The position numbers were made by a program, and so were the translations under genes. A stretch of 60,000 bases of DNA from Amphiscolops sp. MND2022 (lineage: Eukaryota), in NCBI GenBank assembly GCA_964187785.1, contig OZ076413.1:42658001-42718000 (forward strand), in the 5' to 3' direction. Shown piece after piece: positions 37,822 to 51,794 of the stretch (its first letter is position 1; every line of letters begins with the position of its first letter). Below the pieces are notes generated by a model. The model was not told the DNA's origin and made no database searches. It saw nothing but the letters and a program-made list of their open reading frames with translations.

Positions 37822-40800
37822 TGTCGTAAAGTGGTTTTGAAAAGAATTTGTTTTGAACTCAGTTCAATTCAGGTTCTCGGTTTTATTTTATTATGGTCCG
37901 TACAATACAGTATATAACCTTCAAAATAGTATTTGACTCCAGTTGAAACATAAGTCTATTATGAAAGAGTAAATTCGAGTTCTTTCACTAGTCATCGGTA
38001 ACGCGGATTGAAGTTTCCATTCTTCGGTGTTATATAACCGAACCTCCGAACCAATGAAATTAGAGTAGCATCTTCGGTAGCGAACGGTAGTTGTTTACCG
38101 AATAACAACAAGTGACGATGAGGTCACCACATCCCCTCTTTTAGTTGACTTATGCAACTCCTGCTTGATACTTCTGAGTTTGGGTTCGTAGTCGTTTCGG
38201 TCTATCATTGGTTGCTGTGGTATGTTCTTCGGTAAGCACCGGACTCAAACTATCAGCGTTACTAATCTTCGGGGTGACTGGATCTTGAATAGCATCATGT
38301 CCAATGTTTGGCTGAGGTTCTACTTTCACTAAGTCTGATGATGGCAGTGATGCGATTTGTCCGTCACTAGCCAAAATTGTTGGGTTGTCATGAAGCCAAG
38401 CTGTATTTTGTCCTTTCCGGATAATGTAAGGCATTTCTTTCGGCTCATGGTTTGACGTGGGTTTGTACAGCACCTTTTCATCAACTTCATAAAATCCATC
38501 AACAGTGTCTCTCAATGTTTTTCCAAACAATAATTTGACAAGAGAATTTGACCTCTAGCATTTGAAGAATTTCGATGACTGAACAAAACTTTATCGAAAC
38601 AAGTAGTCAGTGAACAACCAATGTCTTTATTGTAAAATTTCAGGCTCCTTTTCAATGTTTCAACAGCTCTATCGGCCAGTCCATTGCTTCTCGATGAATA
38701 CGAACATGTGTCTTTTTGCATCTTGTGCTGCCAACCAGTCTTTCAGGTCTTTGGATACAAACTCCTTTCCGTTATCGAACACAACCGTATATGGTATTCC
38801 AAACCGAGAAAAGATTGTTCGGAGACATCTGACCACGTTCCGTGTTGATCGGTCTGTGCACGGAAAAGATTCCATGCAACCGGACCCAGCATCGGCAATG
38901 ATCAAAATGTTACCGCGTTCTGCTTCATAAAGCCAGTCTATGTGCAGTCTTTCTCACGGAGCGCATTCTTCCCATTTGTCGGTAAAATCATTCAGTCTCG
39001 GTCGGTTTTTCTGCATTCGGGACAATTTTTGACGAATTGTTCGATATCGTTATCCATAAAGGGGGGTCAGCAAGCATTTTTTCAACAAAAATTCCAAAGC
39101 CTTGATTCCTTGATGGACGTCGTGAACTTTTTCATTAACTTGTTTTCGGAATGTAATTGGTATGAAAACTCTCGATCCATTATATGTCAAATCATTTTGT
39201 ACTGGTAAAGCTTTCGAAACATACAAAACAATTCTCCATTTTGGTACACTTTTTCCAATTACCAGTTCGGTTTCGGTTCATTATCCGTTTTGAAAACTCA
39301 CTCGACTGCATATCTTTCCGTAACTTCTCGGCATCAGTCACTGGTTTCTCAAATGTACCCATTGCTACTGCAACTAAATCTCGTCTTTATCGTCTTTCAA
39401 TCGTACACGTTACACGTGACATTGCATCTGCATGGCCAATATCTTGTCCGGGAGTGTATTGTATATCATAATCACTGGCTATCAGAGTTATTGCCCATCG
39501 CGCAAGTCTCGCTGATACAACTTTCGGTATCTGGTTGCTCGGATTGAAGATATATTGTAGTGGCTTGTGATCAGTTTTCAGAGTGAACTTCCTCCTCAAC
39601 AAAAATGTCGAAATCGTGTCACTGCGAGTACTACAGCAAGCGCTTTCTGTTCAATGTTTCTGTATACCTGTTCTGCCGATGTCAAATTTCGAGATATGGA
39701 GAAATCCGGGTGATCATTACGTTAATACAGCACCAAGGGTTGTTTTAGATGCATCCGTTGTGAGAGTCACTTTTATCCAACTTGTACGATTGTACCAGTG
39801 GTTCACTTGTCAGTTCATCTACCAGTGACTGGAATGCCTTTTGACATTTATCGGTCCATTTGAATAGTTTATTTTTTTTCCGGAGTTCATTGATACACCG
39901 CGTCTTGGCTGCATAGTCCAAAGTAGATAATACGTCCGATAAAAGCTTCAACTTCTTTAACATCCTTCGATGGTTGCATTCGATAAGTTTTTGAACGTGT
40001 TTCTGTTCCGGCTTTACACCTTCCGATGAAACTTCAATGCCAAAAAAGGATACCGTTGTCGAGATTGATACGCACTTGTCTTCATTCACGGTGACGTTTT
40101 TTGCTGCCAGCCGTTCTTTGACCGCATTGTATCTTTTCCGGAGTTCTGCCTCGGTTACATCGAACAACAAGAAATCGTCTTGATATGCGACGCAAACATC
40201 CAGTCCTTTGAGCACTTCTTCGATTGCTTGCTGAAAAATCGTCCTGCGTTTTTTAATCTTTGTTGTAACCGGGTTACTCGAAAGAAGCCTCGAGTTATCT
40301 TCACTGTACACACATGTTGTGATTTTTGATCAAGTGGAATTTGCCAATTAGCATTTGATAGATCAATTTTCGCGTAACATTTAGCGCCTGAGATTTTTGA
40401 GAAAATAGTTTCAATAGAAGAAAGTGGTAGGCTTCGGAATTGTAATAATTTTATCATTTTTATGTACTTTGTAGTCAACACACATTCGTAGTTCATTGCC
40501 TTTTTTCACCCACACAACCGCAGAGCAATCATTTACACCACCGGCTTCAAACAGTTCAAGAATTCCCAAAAACAGTAATTCATCAATAGATTTTATTGAC
40601 TTTCCGTCCAAGTTGCAACGGTACCTTCCGTGCCGCGCAAACCATTGGTTGAGCAACATATTTAATTTTAATGAAAGCTTTAGCACCTTTCAGTGTTGGT
40701 AGTGTTTCGGGTACTTCTGCTTTGAAGCACTGGTCAATGGACTCTTTGCTAAGATTTAATATATCACGTCCCAGTAAACCAAAATTTCTATCAGCATCAA

Positions 40801-42919
40801 CAACAGCAGAGTTCACATTGAGCTCTTTGTTTTTATGAAACACCGGCAAGAAGACTGCGCCAAGATGATTCATTGCATGTTTGTCATATGTTTCAATTCC
40901 CATGTTCTTTTTTCCAAATTTTAGTTGTTCAATCTGCTTCCACAGCTTCTTTGAAATCAGCGTCAGTGATGCTTCAGTGTATTTCATCATTGGTATTTCT
41001 TTACCATTCACTTTAATTTCCTCCATGGTACTTTTCTTGATATAGTCGGTATGACCAATGAATTACGAATCGTCGGAGGTACTGCCATTGTTTTCTTCGA
41101 TGTTGCCTTCTTTTCCAACAAAATGGTTTGTTTGTTTCTTCACCCGACACACAAATGGTTCGGCTTTTTGCAGTTGTTGCTGGATTTGCCGAAGGCCGGA
41201 TAACTCCTTGTTTCATGCCTCGTTCCGCATTTTGAGCATTCTTTGGCTTTGTTGTAAAAGCCAGCAGAAATCTTGTCGTTTGCGGTTGTTCTCTTTCGTA
41301 ATTGCCCTTCCTCGCGAAGGCAACAGTTTCATTTGATTCGTTCCGTTTTTTCACAAAATGTACGGTTTGTTCACGCAGCTGAATAATCAACAAAATGTCG
41401 TTTTGTTGAAGATCCTCCAACACTTTAATTTTGTGTTCGGAATTTTGTAATCCAGCAATGAAGTGTAACCGTATCATGTAAGCTTCAGGGTCAGCAATGG
41501 TTTTCAAGTTACCGAACTCACAATATCGTGCTGCTTCCTTCAGACGTGCCAGAAAATTTCGATGATTCTCCATTCGTTTGGGTATTAGCCACATCTTTCG
41601 TTCGGTCGGCAATAACAAGTCTTTTTCTTGGCTGCAGGTAACTTTCCAGTACCGTTTCAATTTCATTGAAAGCCAATGGTTCCTTTTTTGTCGGTGCAAC
41701 AGGCGTTTTGACTTTCATAAGACTTTGCACACCGCAACGCAAAAGAAAGTGATCAGTTACTTGTAGATCGGCCGGCGTTGTTCTAGCTGCCGGTACATCT
41801 GCTTTCTTTTCCGCCCGACATCGTGCTCTGAATGCATATATCCAGGCTATATTAGTTTCGAGTTCGTGCAGGTTAAGTTGCTTCTTTGTCTCCGTTGCCT
41901 GCACTTTGGCAATTCCAATTTTTCACAAAATGTACGGTTTGTTCACGCAGCTGAATAATCAACAAAATGTCGTTTTGTTGAAGATCCTCCAACACTTTAA
42001 TTTTGTGTTCGGAATTTTGTAATCCAGCAATGAAGTGTAACCGTATCATGTAAGCTTCAGGGTCAGCAATGGTTTTCAAGTTACCGAACTCACAATATCG
42101 TGCTGCTTCCTTCAGACGTGCCAGAAAATTTCGATGATTCTCCATTCGTTTGGGTAATAGCCACATCTTTCGTTCGGTCGGCAATAACAAGTCTTTTTCT
42201 TGGCTGCAGGTAACTTTCCAGTACCGTTTCAATTTCATTGAAAGCCAATGGTTCCTTTTTTGTCGGTGCAACAGGCGTTTTGACTTTCATAAGACTTTGC
42301 ACACCGCAACGCAAAAGAAAGTGATCCGTTACTTGTAGATCGGCCGGCGTTGTTCTAGCTGCCGGTACATCTGCTTTCTTTTCCGCCCGACATCGTGCTC
42401 TGAATGCATATATCCAGGCTATATTAGTTTCGAGTTCGTGAAGGTTAAGTTGCGTCTTTGTCTCCGTTGCCTGCACTTTGGCAATTCCACAGAACAAATT
42501 GAAGAAAATTCTTCTCCCTCCCGGTTTAAATGAAATAACGATATTAAATCTTATGTTTCTTTCGCAATCAGTTTTCCAATTGAAAGGAAATTCGGTGGAC
42601 ACCATTTGTCGTAAAGTGGTTTCGAAAAGAATTTTGATTTAAACTCAGTTCATTTCAAGTTCTCGGTTTCATTTTATCATGGTCCGTACACGACAGTATA
42701 TAATATTCAAAATAGCAGTTGACGCCAGTTAAAATACAAGTCTATTATGTTACAGTTCATTCGATTTCTTTCACCAGTCATCGGTAACGCGTATTGAAGT
42801 TTCCGTTCTTCGGTGTTGTCTAAGCGAACCTCGGAACCAATGAAATTAGAGTAGCTTTTTCGTTAGCGAACGGTAGTTGTTTACGAAATAACAACAAGTG
42901 ACGATAACGTCACCACACA
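37822..42919 (-). mobile_element. Full-length but decayed Ty3/Gypsy LTR retrotransposon
   Basis: LTRs at 37822..38131 and 42607..42917 (TG...CA), PBS TGGTGTCCACCGAA (42604..42591) and PPT AAAAGAGGGGA next to 38131. Fragments of gag, protease, RT (VAYQDD), RNase H (TDHKPL) and integrase (FGIPYTVVFDNGKEF) are in Gypsy order. Likely TSD TTTTC. Confidence 0.93.
41347..42489. repeat. 572-bp-period tandem duplication within gag (41347..41917 and 41919..42489)
   Basis: Duplicate ORFs are offset by exactly 572 bp, with about four substitutions seen. Confidence 0.95.
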
Positions 42920-43399
42920 TTTTCCAAGCTTCACATAACAGATGATAACTCTGCTCAAGAGGAAGAGATATATCACTCAGTTATAACAGCACCAAACTTA
43001 AATTCTTGAGAAGACTTGAAACGAAATTATTTGAAATAATAAATTTGAAGCCAGAAAGTTTTTGTTTTATTTGAGATTTTACAAATCAAAAATTTTTTGC
43101 AGCTTTTACTTTGAAAATTTCTGATAAGCAAATAAATGAGCTTTGAATTTGGTGTTTTTTTTGCTTTTTGGTTTCTGTTGGTATATTTCTTCCATTTAGT
43201 ATAAAACTGCAGTGATGACAACCCAGTGAGAAAGCGTTTGAGAAGAGAAGAGAAATTAATTTTCTCATTACCTCGGGGTGGACGCCGAATGAGCAGTTTT
43301 GCTTTTTAAAATCGGCGCCCTTTCCGTTACTGTATCTCCATAACAAGCTTATGGTACACTATTTGTAGCCAAGTGGTCAAGCAATAGTTGGCTTGAAAC

Positions 43400-43620
43400 T
43401 GTGGTTTCAAAGTGACTTGCTCAAGGTCACAAAGGTCTGACTGCTCACTGTTGCTCTTTTTTGTTTTGCTTTTTCTCCGCCACATGCGTTATTTTGTGTT
43501 ACCGCCAAGCTAGGGATGAAGGACTTGCTTCAGGACCAACAATGATGAGTTGAAGGATATTTGAACCTGAAACCGTCCCAGTACAGACCGAATGCTCTAA
43601 CCACTACGCCATGCTCCCTC
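43400..43620 (-). mobile_element. tRNA-derived SINE-like relic
   Basis: Minus strand reads TGGCGTAGTGGTTAGAGC (A-box)...GGTTCAAAT (B-box), followed by a CCTTGAGCAAGTCAC core-like motif. Confidence 0.5.
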
Positions 43621-44453
43621 TTGAAATTCTTGATGAGACATTTCATAATTTCTAGAGTTCATTCAACTAAGAAAACGACGAAGCAATTGTGTGCCTGCAG
43701 GTTTTCACTCAAAAAGGTGAACTCGCCAATTTTCAAAATTCTTCATCAGCTGCTGAGTGATTATAACCTCCCACGTGTATACTGCAGTGGACTTTTGCAT
43801 TAGACCCAAATTTTAATGATCACATGATTAAATTGAGCAATCAGTTTCTGGTGAATGAAAATTCAACTCCATTCTGTTGATACATTGCAATTTTGAAGCA
43901 ACAGGTGTCAGTGGTTCTAAAGCTATAAGAGTTAGAGGAGTGAAGGATCAGTCCGATATTCTGATTTCGATCTTTGACGATAATTATACATCAAATACCT
44001 ACGGGTATGATAACAACATCTGAATCAGCACAAAAGAAGAAATTGCTGGGATCGGTCCCCACGTATAGCGCCAAAGTTATTGTAATGAACTAATTCGGCA
44101 ACTACAAAAGGCTTTTAGGAATTTAACCTGAAACCCAATACTGGTGTGATTCATCAAGACTGCCAAGAATAATTTTTGTTGATTTGTGCTCAGAACCCTA
44201 CTTACCTGTGGTTTTAGTTTTCCGCAACGGAAGAGCACCCTATACTTTTGGATTTGGCTCAAGGTAGAAAAACAGTTTCACAGTGAAATTCGATTTCATT
44301 CATGGCTTTTCTCACCGGCCTGGAGGTTTTTTCACCGCTTGCGAATTCGTTCTCATAAAGCGCTGATAAGCTGTTTAAACGGTCGATCGAGAATTGAGGC
44401 CCAGCTCCTCTTCAATTTCTTTATATGATAAACTTAATTAGAAGTGTAACGAC

Positions 44454-45219
44454 TAGGGGGAACCAAATGCTATAAATGCTATTAATGCTATAAATGCTAT
44501 TTTCTCTTACATTTTGAACTTAATTGCTATTTTGTCTGTCGCCTGAAAACCAATATTATTTCACACGATAAATAAACATACACTTACTTACTACTTAATT
44601 GTTGGACACCTTGAATGCATAAAGCAAATAAATATAACACGCCTACTCATCTTTGTTGTATTTTAAGATCAACTATGCCTAAAATACCGCTTACTAAGCA
44701 TGAGAAATCTTCAATTTATGCTCAAAAATATCCATCGGAATTCCGTGTTTTACCAAACGGAGAATTAATTTGTAAATTATGCGACAAGCCCGTTAACTCG
44801 GACAAAAAGTTTGCTATCGACAAAAAATAAAGCCTGAAAAGCCGACTTTCGAAAATGCCTGATCTACAAAAGCTCATTGATCCACCTGATGATTGTGACC
44901 CAAACATTATATCTCTGTTACAAAGATCTCCAGCGTCCGATGCTGTTCTTGAGAGGTCATTTTCAAAATTGAGAAAACTTTTGGCATCAGATAGAAACTT
45001 TGCAGACGAAAATTTGCCTGATTATGTAATTGGCTTTGTTAATTCATCTGAATAATTAACAATATGCATCCAAGTAATTGTTTTTTCAATAGTTTTTGGG
45101 CGAGTAAAATACAAAAAAATCAATTTTAAGTGCTATTTTTAGTGCTATTTTAAAGTTTTTTGAGTGCTATTTAATAGCGCTATAAAAACGTTTGTTAGTG
45201 CTATTGTTGGTCCCCCCTA
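44454..45219 (+). mobile_element. Internally deleted hAT-superfamily transposon (766 bp)
   Basis: TIRs TAGGGGGAACCAA / TTGGTCCCCCCTA, a perfect 8-bp TSD GTAACGAC and subterminal TGCTAT repeats. Retains an N-terminal Zn-finger piece (ICKLCDKPV) and the hAT dimerisation motif (ERSFSKLRKLL). Confidence 0.92.
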
Positions 45220-45985
45220 GTAACGACTTTCCATGAATTCAATGCTTTGATCAATTTCAACAAAGTAAAATTCGAGAGTGCTTGATTTCACTTCCACCTA
45301 AGAATGAAAATGAAAAGTTATTCACAAACTGAATAGGATTCATTTTTCAGCTGCAAGTTGTTTTTTGCTATCGCAGTGAATATACCTACAGTACACTAAC
45401 ACATTGGAAGAACAGTCTCGACATCAATTAATGGCTGGTTCAACAAACAAAGAAGGTAAATAGACTCCATCGGGTTCCAGATTTGTTACTGTTATCCTTT
45501 GACGGTTGGCATTTGCCCCTCACTCAGTACAAAGTGAGAGTTTGAACTGTCGAGACTGACAGTCCAATTTGCGCGGAATTTTGCCTCTTATTATAATTAT
45601 AATCATGGGCAAAATCATTGGCGCATTGAACCGTTAGGAACAAAATAGCGAATCTAAAGAAGCAACTATCAGACATTAAAAGTCCTTTGAAACCCAATGA
45701 TTTTCAGTTCTTTTTGAGACGCTTTCTCTTCTACGGACCTGTTTCGTATTTTGTTCAATAGTTTTTTGCTTTCTACACATTCTTCACATGCTGCCACTGC
45801 CAGAGCGTTTCAGGTTTCAGGCAACTTCTATGTTCGTCGCCACTCGCGAGGATTGCTTGTATCAGCCTATCTTCAATGATTCTGTCTCTCCAAGTGTTGT
45901 ATTTGGCCGAGTATTTCTCTGTTTCCTCTTTTTCCTTCGTTTCGCAGCTTTATTTTATTGCCCATTTCAATCAATTTGAAGTATC

Positions 45986-46590
45986 AACCAGAGCCGCATA
46001 TGCGGTAAAGGAGTCGGCTTAGGTCTTTTTCCTTCTGACTCGCTCCGACCCCAGTTATACGAATTTATTGAAATTGCACACAAAGACCATACCATGGTGT
46101 AGAGAATGACTGTAGAAATTTCCGTTCGAATGGTATGGACAGTTTTTGAGAAAGGCGAAAAAAGTCGAAAAATGACTATTTTTTGACCATTTTCTGGCTA
46201 ATTTTGGCCATGTTTCTCACATCCCAGCGATACGATTTTGATGCCATTGCACATATAGGACTCTAATATGATGTAGAATAACTGTAGAAAATTTCGCTCG
46301 AATCGTACGGACAGTTTTTGAGAAAATCGAAAAAAGTCGAAAAATGGCTGTTTTTTGGCCATTTTTGGGCTAATTTTGGCTATGTTTCTCACATCCCAGC
46401 CATACGATTTTGATACCTTTGCACACGCCGGGGCCCCTTTGGGTGTAGAATGACTGTGCAAAATTTCGTGAAAATCGTATGGACAGATTTTGAGAAATTT
46501 GAAATTTTCATGAAAAGGTCGGGAGAAAAAAAATAAAAAAAAACAGCACGATTGCATAAGTAGTCGAAAATTTTTTCCGACTCCTAAAAA
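45986..46590 (-). mobile_element. Helentron/DINE-1-like element, family A (~2 internal units)
   Basis: Same termini and internal unit as 31524..32336; perfect hairpin CCGCATATGCGG. Confidence 0.7.
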
Positions 46591-47070
46591 TTGAGAATCT
46601 GATACCAACAACCTGAATGTGATCTTTTTCTTTGGCATGCGTTCTCAATTTTGCAAACTTCGGCTCACTTAAATATAATATGTTTTTTTGATTTTGCATA
46701 AGAAATCGAGGTAAAGACGTTAAGAAAAACGCACTTTAGCATTCGGAAGATTCCAATGTAAAAATAAGAAAAAATGGGAGCAAGTACAAAGACCTTGAGT
46801 ACAAAGTTTTGTTTTTAAATTTAAACAAACTATAGGAAAATGCTTTGCAATTGATAAAACGACTAGAGACACCAAACGATAAATGGCAATGGCAAATTAT
46901 CATTATCAATAAAATGCGAAATTCGAGGACACGAAGAAAGACCAATAAACGGTCAACATCTGACTGTTTGATCAAAAATCCGATGACGTTCCAAAAATTG
47001 TCATCAAAGCAATTCAGCTTTCGACCAGTCACTACAGAAATAGTTTTTGACAAAGTGAAATCACTAGAAA

Positions 47071-47621
47071 CAAACAAGCCGGGAACGGCCCAAGTTGGCT
47101 CCATATCTAAGGCTCATCAATAAGACTCGAAAGCCACTTTTTCTACAACTGGAGACAACAAAAGCTCTGAAAAATCTAAAAAATGAGGAAAAAACTTTTC
47201 CGAATTTTTTTCCGATTTTTTTTTGAAGTCTCCGGTAAGTCGCGTAGTGCCGAAAAATGTAAAAGGGGGAACCTTTGGGATTTTTTGAACAACATTCTGT
47301 TGCAAGATATCAAAAAACTGATGGGGGGACACTTTGAAGCAATAAAAAAGATTTCGGAAAAATGAAAATTTCAACAGTTGCACAGCGCCGAAAAAAGAGG
47401 GGAAAGTCTCATAGTGTCGGAAAAAAGTGGAGATGGGGACCCTTCTGCTTTGGAATGGCTTTTTATCTCATGTAAGAGGCTTTGGATGCGTTGAAAAAGA
47501 AGTACTAAGTACATTTGGTAAAAGTGCACAAAGCACAAAAAGTGGACCGATCGCGTTGAACTGACGAAAACTTCAAAAAATCTAGCCACTGTAAGAGTCG
47601 TGTGCCACTGACGACTAAAAA
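47071..47621 (-). mobile_element. Helentron/DINE-1-like element, family B
   Basis: ACAAGCCGGGAACGGCCCAAG...CTAGCCACTGTAAGAGTCGTG...GACTAAAAA. Confidence 0.65.
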
Positions 47622-50600
47622 CCACTGGGACAGTGTTTCATACCACCATAGGCTCGTAGAAACGGTATCTCAAAAGTTGCATACTTACAACCACTTTTTA
47701 GACGATTGACGAAAAGTCTCCTGAATCTATTGTACAAAAACAGTTTTATTTGAAAATCTTCAAGTATCCGGAATTGTGACGTGTTGCTGGACTTTTAGCC
47801 AGCAATTTCCTGCTATCTGATCTGATTTCCCCAAAAAAAATCTTTGATCTTTTGCCTGTGATTAGTCCATGGATGTTCTTGCGCAAAAGCGACTACCGTT
47901 CTTCCTAAACAACCGCACAACGCCGGTATTATCCAAGAGCACACGGATTTCACCTGAGATTACAACGTCTTTCCAGAATCATAGTCTCGATCCAGCCAAA
48001 CCCCAGAACGGAAAGCAACATCTCCAGTGAAAAAAAAACATTAAGTCTTTGAAGCTTTGTTGAAGTTTAAAGCTGAGTTTTCTTTTTTCACGTAAATGTC
48101 GCGGAAACAAACATCTCACATTGCCGAAAAAACAAAGGTTGCATTCAATCTTTGATCACTTGTTCCGATCTTGAAAATACACTTTGGTCGCATCACGACA
48201 TTTCCTGATGAAACATCGCAAGAAGTCTGTAATAATGGGAGCTTTGATATCTGACAAAAAAGATTTGCCACTGTTTCTAAAAAAGATATATATGTCTTAT
48301 CTGGTATGATTCATTTGACGATAGTTACTTACCTATCATTGTGCAATACGGCCGATTACCGTTATAGCGGCGTAATTATGTATTAACACCGATTATGCTT
48401 ATCGACACCAGTGAAATAGCGCAACTGTATTTGGTAACGTAGTCGAACTCGCACTTTTCCGTCATTACTTAAAACTAGCAAACGTAACCTCAAGCATGAG
48501 CTACTGCAGTGATATCTTCCTGGCGAATATCCTACCGTTTGAGCGGCGATACTCACGCTGACTACTATCACGCCGTTATCATGAAAGAGAACACTTTGGA
48601 CTAAGGACTAAGCTAGATTCATCGAAATGAAAAATCAAATCAGGGAGTTAACTACCCTAGTCAAAATTCTTACAGAACAAGTTACTCATCCGAACAAACC
48701 GCGAAAGAAATACACCTATGTTAAGGAAAGCGAACGCGCCAAACACTGCTTCATTGAGCACCTTGTGCGATTCTCACAATCGAGAAGTTTGGTTGTATGA
48801 CCAGCCGCTGGACTAGTAGAGACCCGTTTTCAAGGTTTTGTCGCGTTTTGCGAAATTTCCGATGTATTTCGAATGTATCACCCGCTCTTTGTAATATCGG
48901 AGAATCATCCGCAAAACTGAAGTTGCTCATTTGGCCTAATTTTAACGTCACATTGAAGTTGACACAATTATAGCCTGAAATTTTTCGTCGCAAGTTGAAC
49001 GATCCCTACTGTCTACTGAAAACCCTGTTCATATTGAAAGAGAAACAGTGTGGGAAGTGAGGCCATGTCTGGTATAATTAGGGTGGCCTATACGCTGCAA
49101 GCTGCAGAGTCTCCTTACGGTCCAAAAAATGAATATTGAAAACTCTAACAAGAGTTGGAAAATTTACAAACTATTGAAGTGATCATAAAGTGAGACATTG
49201 TCTGTCTGGAATTTTTGAATTTTGGCGTTTTAGAAAAATCCCATCAATTTTGCGCGAAGTACATACGATAGACAGCACTATGATAATCATGTTTTTAGAC
49301 CGCCGGAATAGTGAAAACAGCTGAACAGGCTGACAAAGCATGCTTTGATAGGACTTATTTGGCAAACTAGGTATTTACTTAGTAAACGAAACGTCTTAGG
49401 CAAAAATTAACAAGTTAACGAGTGACGTCGTCGATGTAATCGTTCAATTTGGAAGAAATGATCAAGTCAGAAATTTTCAAGTCAGAAATGATCACTGAGA
49501 GCGAATTTTGTTACACTTTTGTTCGAAAAAAATCTAAGATACCACCCGGGAAAACCAAGTGTGACAAAACCGGCGAACCTCCCCCCCAGGCGGGATTTTC
49601 TCAAAGACTATTAATCGTAGAGAGCTGAAATTCGGCACATGTATACCTGAGCTGTTATGCTACGCGCCTATAAAAAAAAACCGAGCGAGGATCCCCAGCC
49701 CCGGGCTATTAGCACCGGAAATGACCTAGGTCGACCCCCCACGAACTCATCGGCGAAGTACGGAATAAGTCAGATAACGTATAGAATTGGTAGCCCATAT
49801 AATATTAGGCCGTTTGCGAATAATTCGAAACCCTACGACGAGCGTAAGAGGAGTACGGACCCTAAGTAAATAAACCCCGAACGTTATGTAAACAGCTAAC
49901 AGATGACCCGAGGATCACAAAACTTGCCCAAGATGTTCACCTAGCAACCCTAAGTAATATACATCAAAGATACATGAATTGGTCCACCACGTGCAGAGTA
50001 ATGTTTGTTTAAGGCACGCGGGACCGGACGCGCGGGCCCAACCAAAAATTGACATTTGACCTTGGCTTGTAATATATCAAACCAACCGGAATGATTAATG
50101 TAGTCGATTTATAAGATGAATGAAATGGTATTTATAACCCATGCGGGGGTAACCGCCCTAAGTAAACAAACCATACGCATATCATGTAACTCGAAGACCA
50201 TTGACCCTAGGAGGATATAACTTGGCATGTAGTAACTTTAGATGACGACAAATAACTTCAAGGTCACGGACGGACCTCAAGGTCATTTTAGATGTAACCC
50301 CGGATCGTATGGAAGAACTTACGATGAAACATGTATATCAGCGTCTTTAAGTGATAATTTATGCAATTCAGTCAGGCGAGAGAATTCGCGATGCACCGTG
50401 CTCAGAACAAAAAAAACTACCCCTTACGTGCAGAGAACATGTAAACCATGTAGTTGAAGGTCATTGAACAATTGTCTCGATATTAGAAATATCTCGGGTG
50501 ACATGAATGATTATTGAAATGTGGACTTCGCACAAGATGTGAGTTACCTGTCGTTGGAGGCAAAGGATGTTTAGTCGAAATATAATCAGAAGCGTTCGCC

Positions 50601-51794
50601 TGGCCATAAAAAAAACAGTAAACATGAAGGTAAACTCATGCAAATTTAAGACGGCGACGCTCTGTACGTAACGAAAATGTCAAGTGTGATAGAAGGCGAA
50701 GATGAGACCACCAGAAACACGTGCGATGAACAAATATAATTGAGGCGGAATTAGAACATAATTGAATAGAACAACCGAGTTAGAGAGCTAGAAGCAAGTT
50801 GAGCCTCGAGACGGGGGCAAGAAACCTGGCTTCGCTAAGAGAACTGGTTTGTCGTTAGCTATGGGAGCTAGAGATAGAAATTCTACAAGTCCGTCACTTG
50901 TATTTTGCGCGAGACTTAGTTGGCTGAATCGCGTGTAGTTATTAGTTAGCGATTGTTGTTAAAGAACCAGATTTGACTTTCTTTATAAAAAGTAATTCGA
51001 TTATTATTTGAACTTTCTTAGTCAATCAAGGAGAGCCGAATAACTTGAGCACTGGAGAGACTTTGGATAAGCGAGAACACGATAGAAATAACCGAACTTA
51101 CTCACCAAAAATCCTTTTTCTGATAGAGTTAGATTCTTGGGAAAATCTCTCCGCCCTCGAAATCTAAAATTTCTACATATTGTTGAAGTTTCGCAAGGAA
51201 CTGCATGTCAGGTATGACAGCCTTCCCTCTTACACTATTACACTTGTTGCAGATTCGATGACTTCAGGTTGTCGTTTGAGTGCACCACAATCCATGTACC
51301 GCTCTGTTCGCTGAGTTCCAATGCTGCTTCCACAAACAGTTTCATGTATCGCGAAAACTTGCGGGTCAGAGTAAAAGTTCTGTTTCGTTATTCCTTGGAC
51401 CTGTCCATTGAGATTTTAAAATTCTGACGTTGTTTTCCATAACACGTTGATATTCATTTATTCGTAGCATTCAGTTTTTCAATGATTTCGTCTTCAGACC
51501 GGTCATTGTGCAGCATCTCTCCACTGAACTGAAACCTAGTGATATTTGTGTCCTCTCTCAGGTGGCATAAATCGTTGTCACTAATCTTGTGCCAGGTGGG
51601 TTCTTATGTCAGGGGAAATGGCAACCAATTGAAGTCTGCACTAAAAGAAAACACAAGTAGCAGAAAGATAAAAATGAACTAAAAGCCTCGTACTCATGTC
51701 AGTCACCATCTCAGTAAACCGACTGAACTTAAAAAATTAACATAGCCTACTTAATTCAGAGGATTCACTATTTCAATTTTTTAAATGAAGAAAC

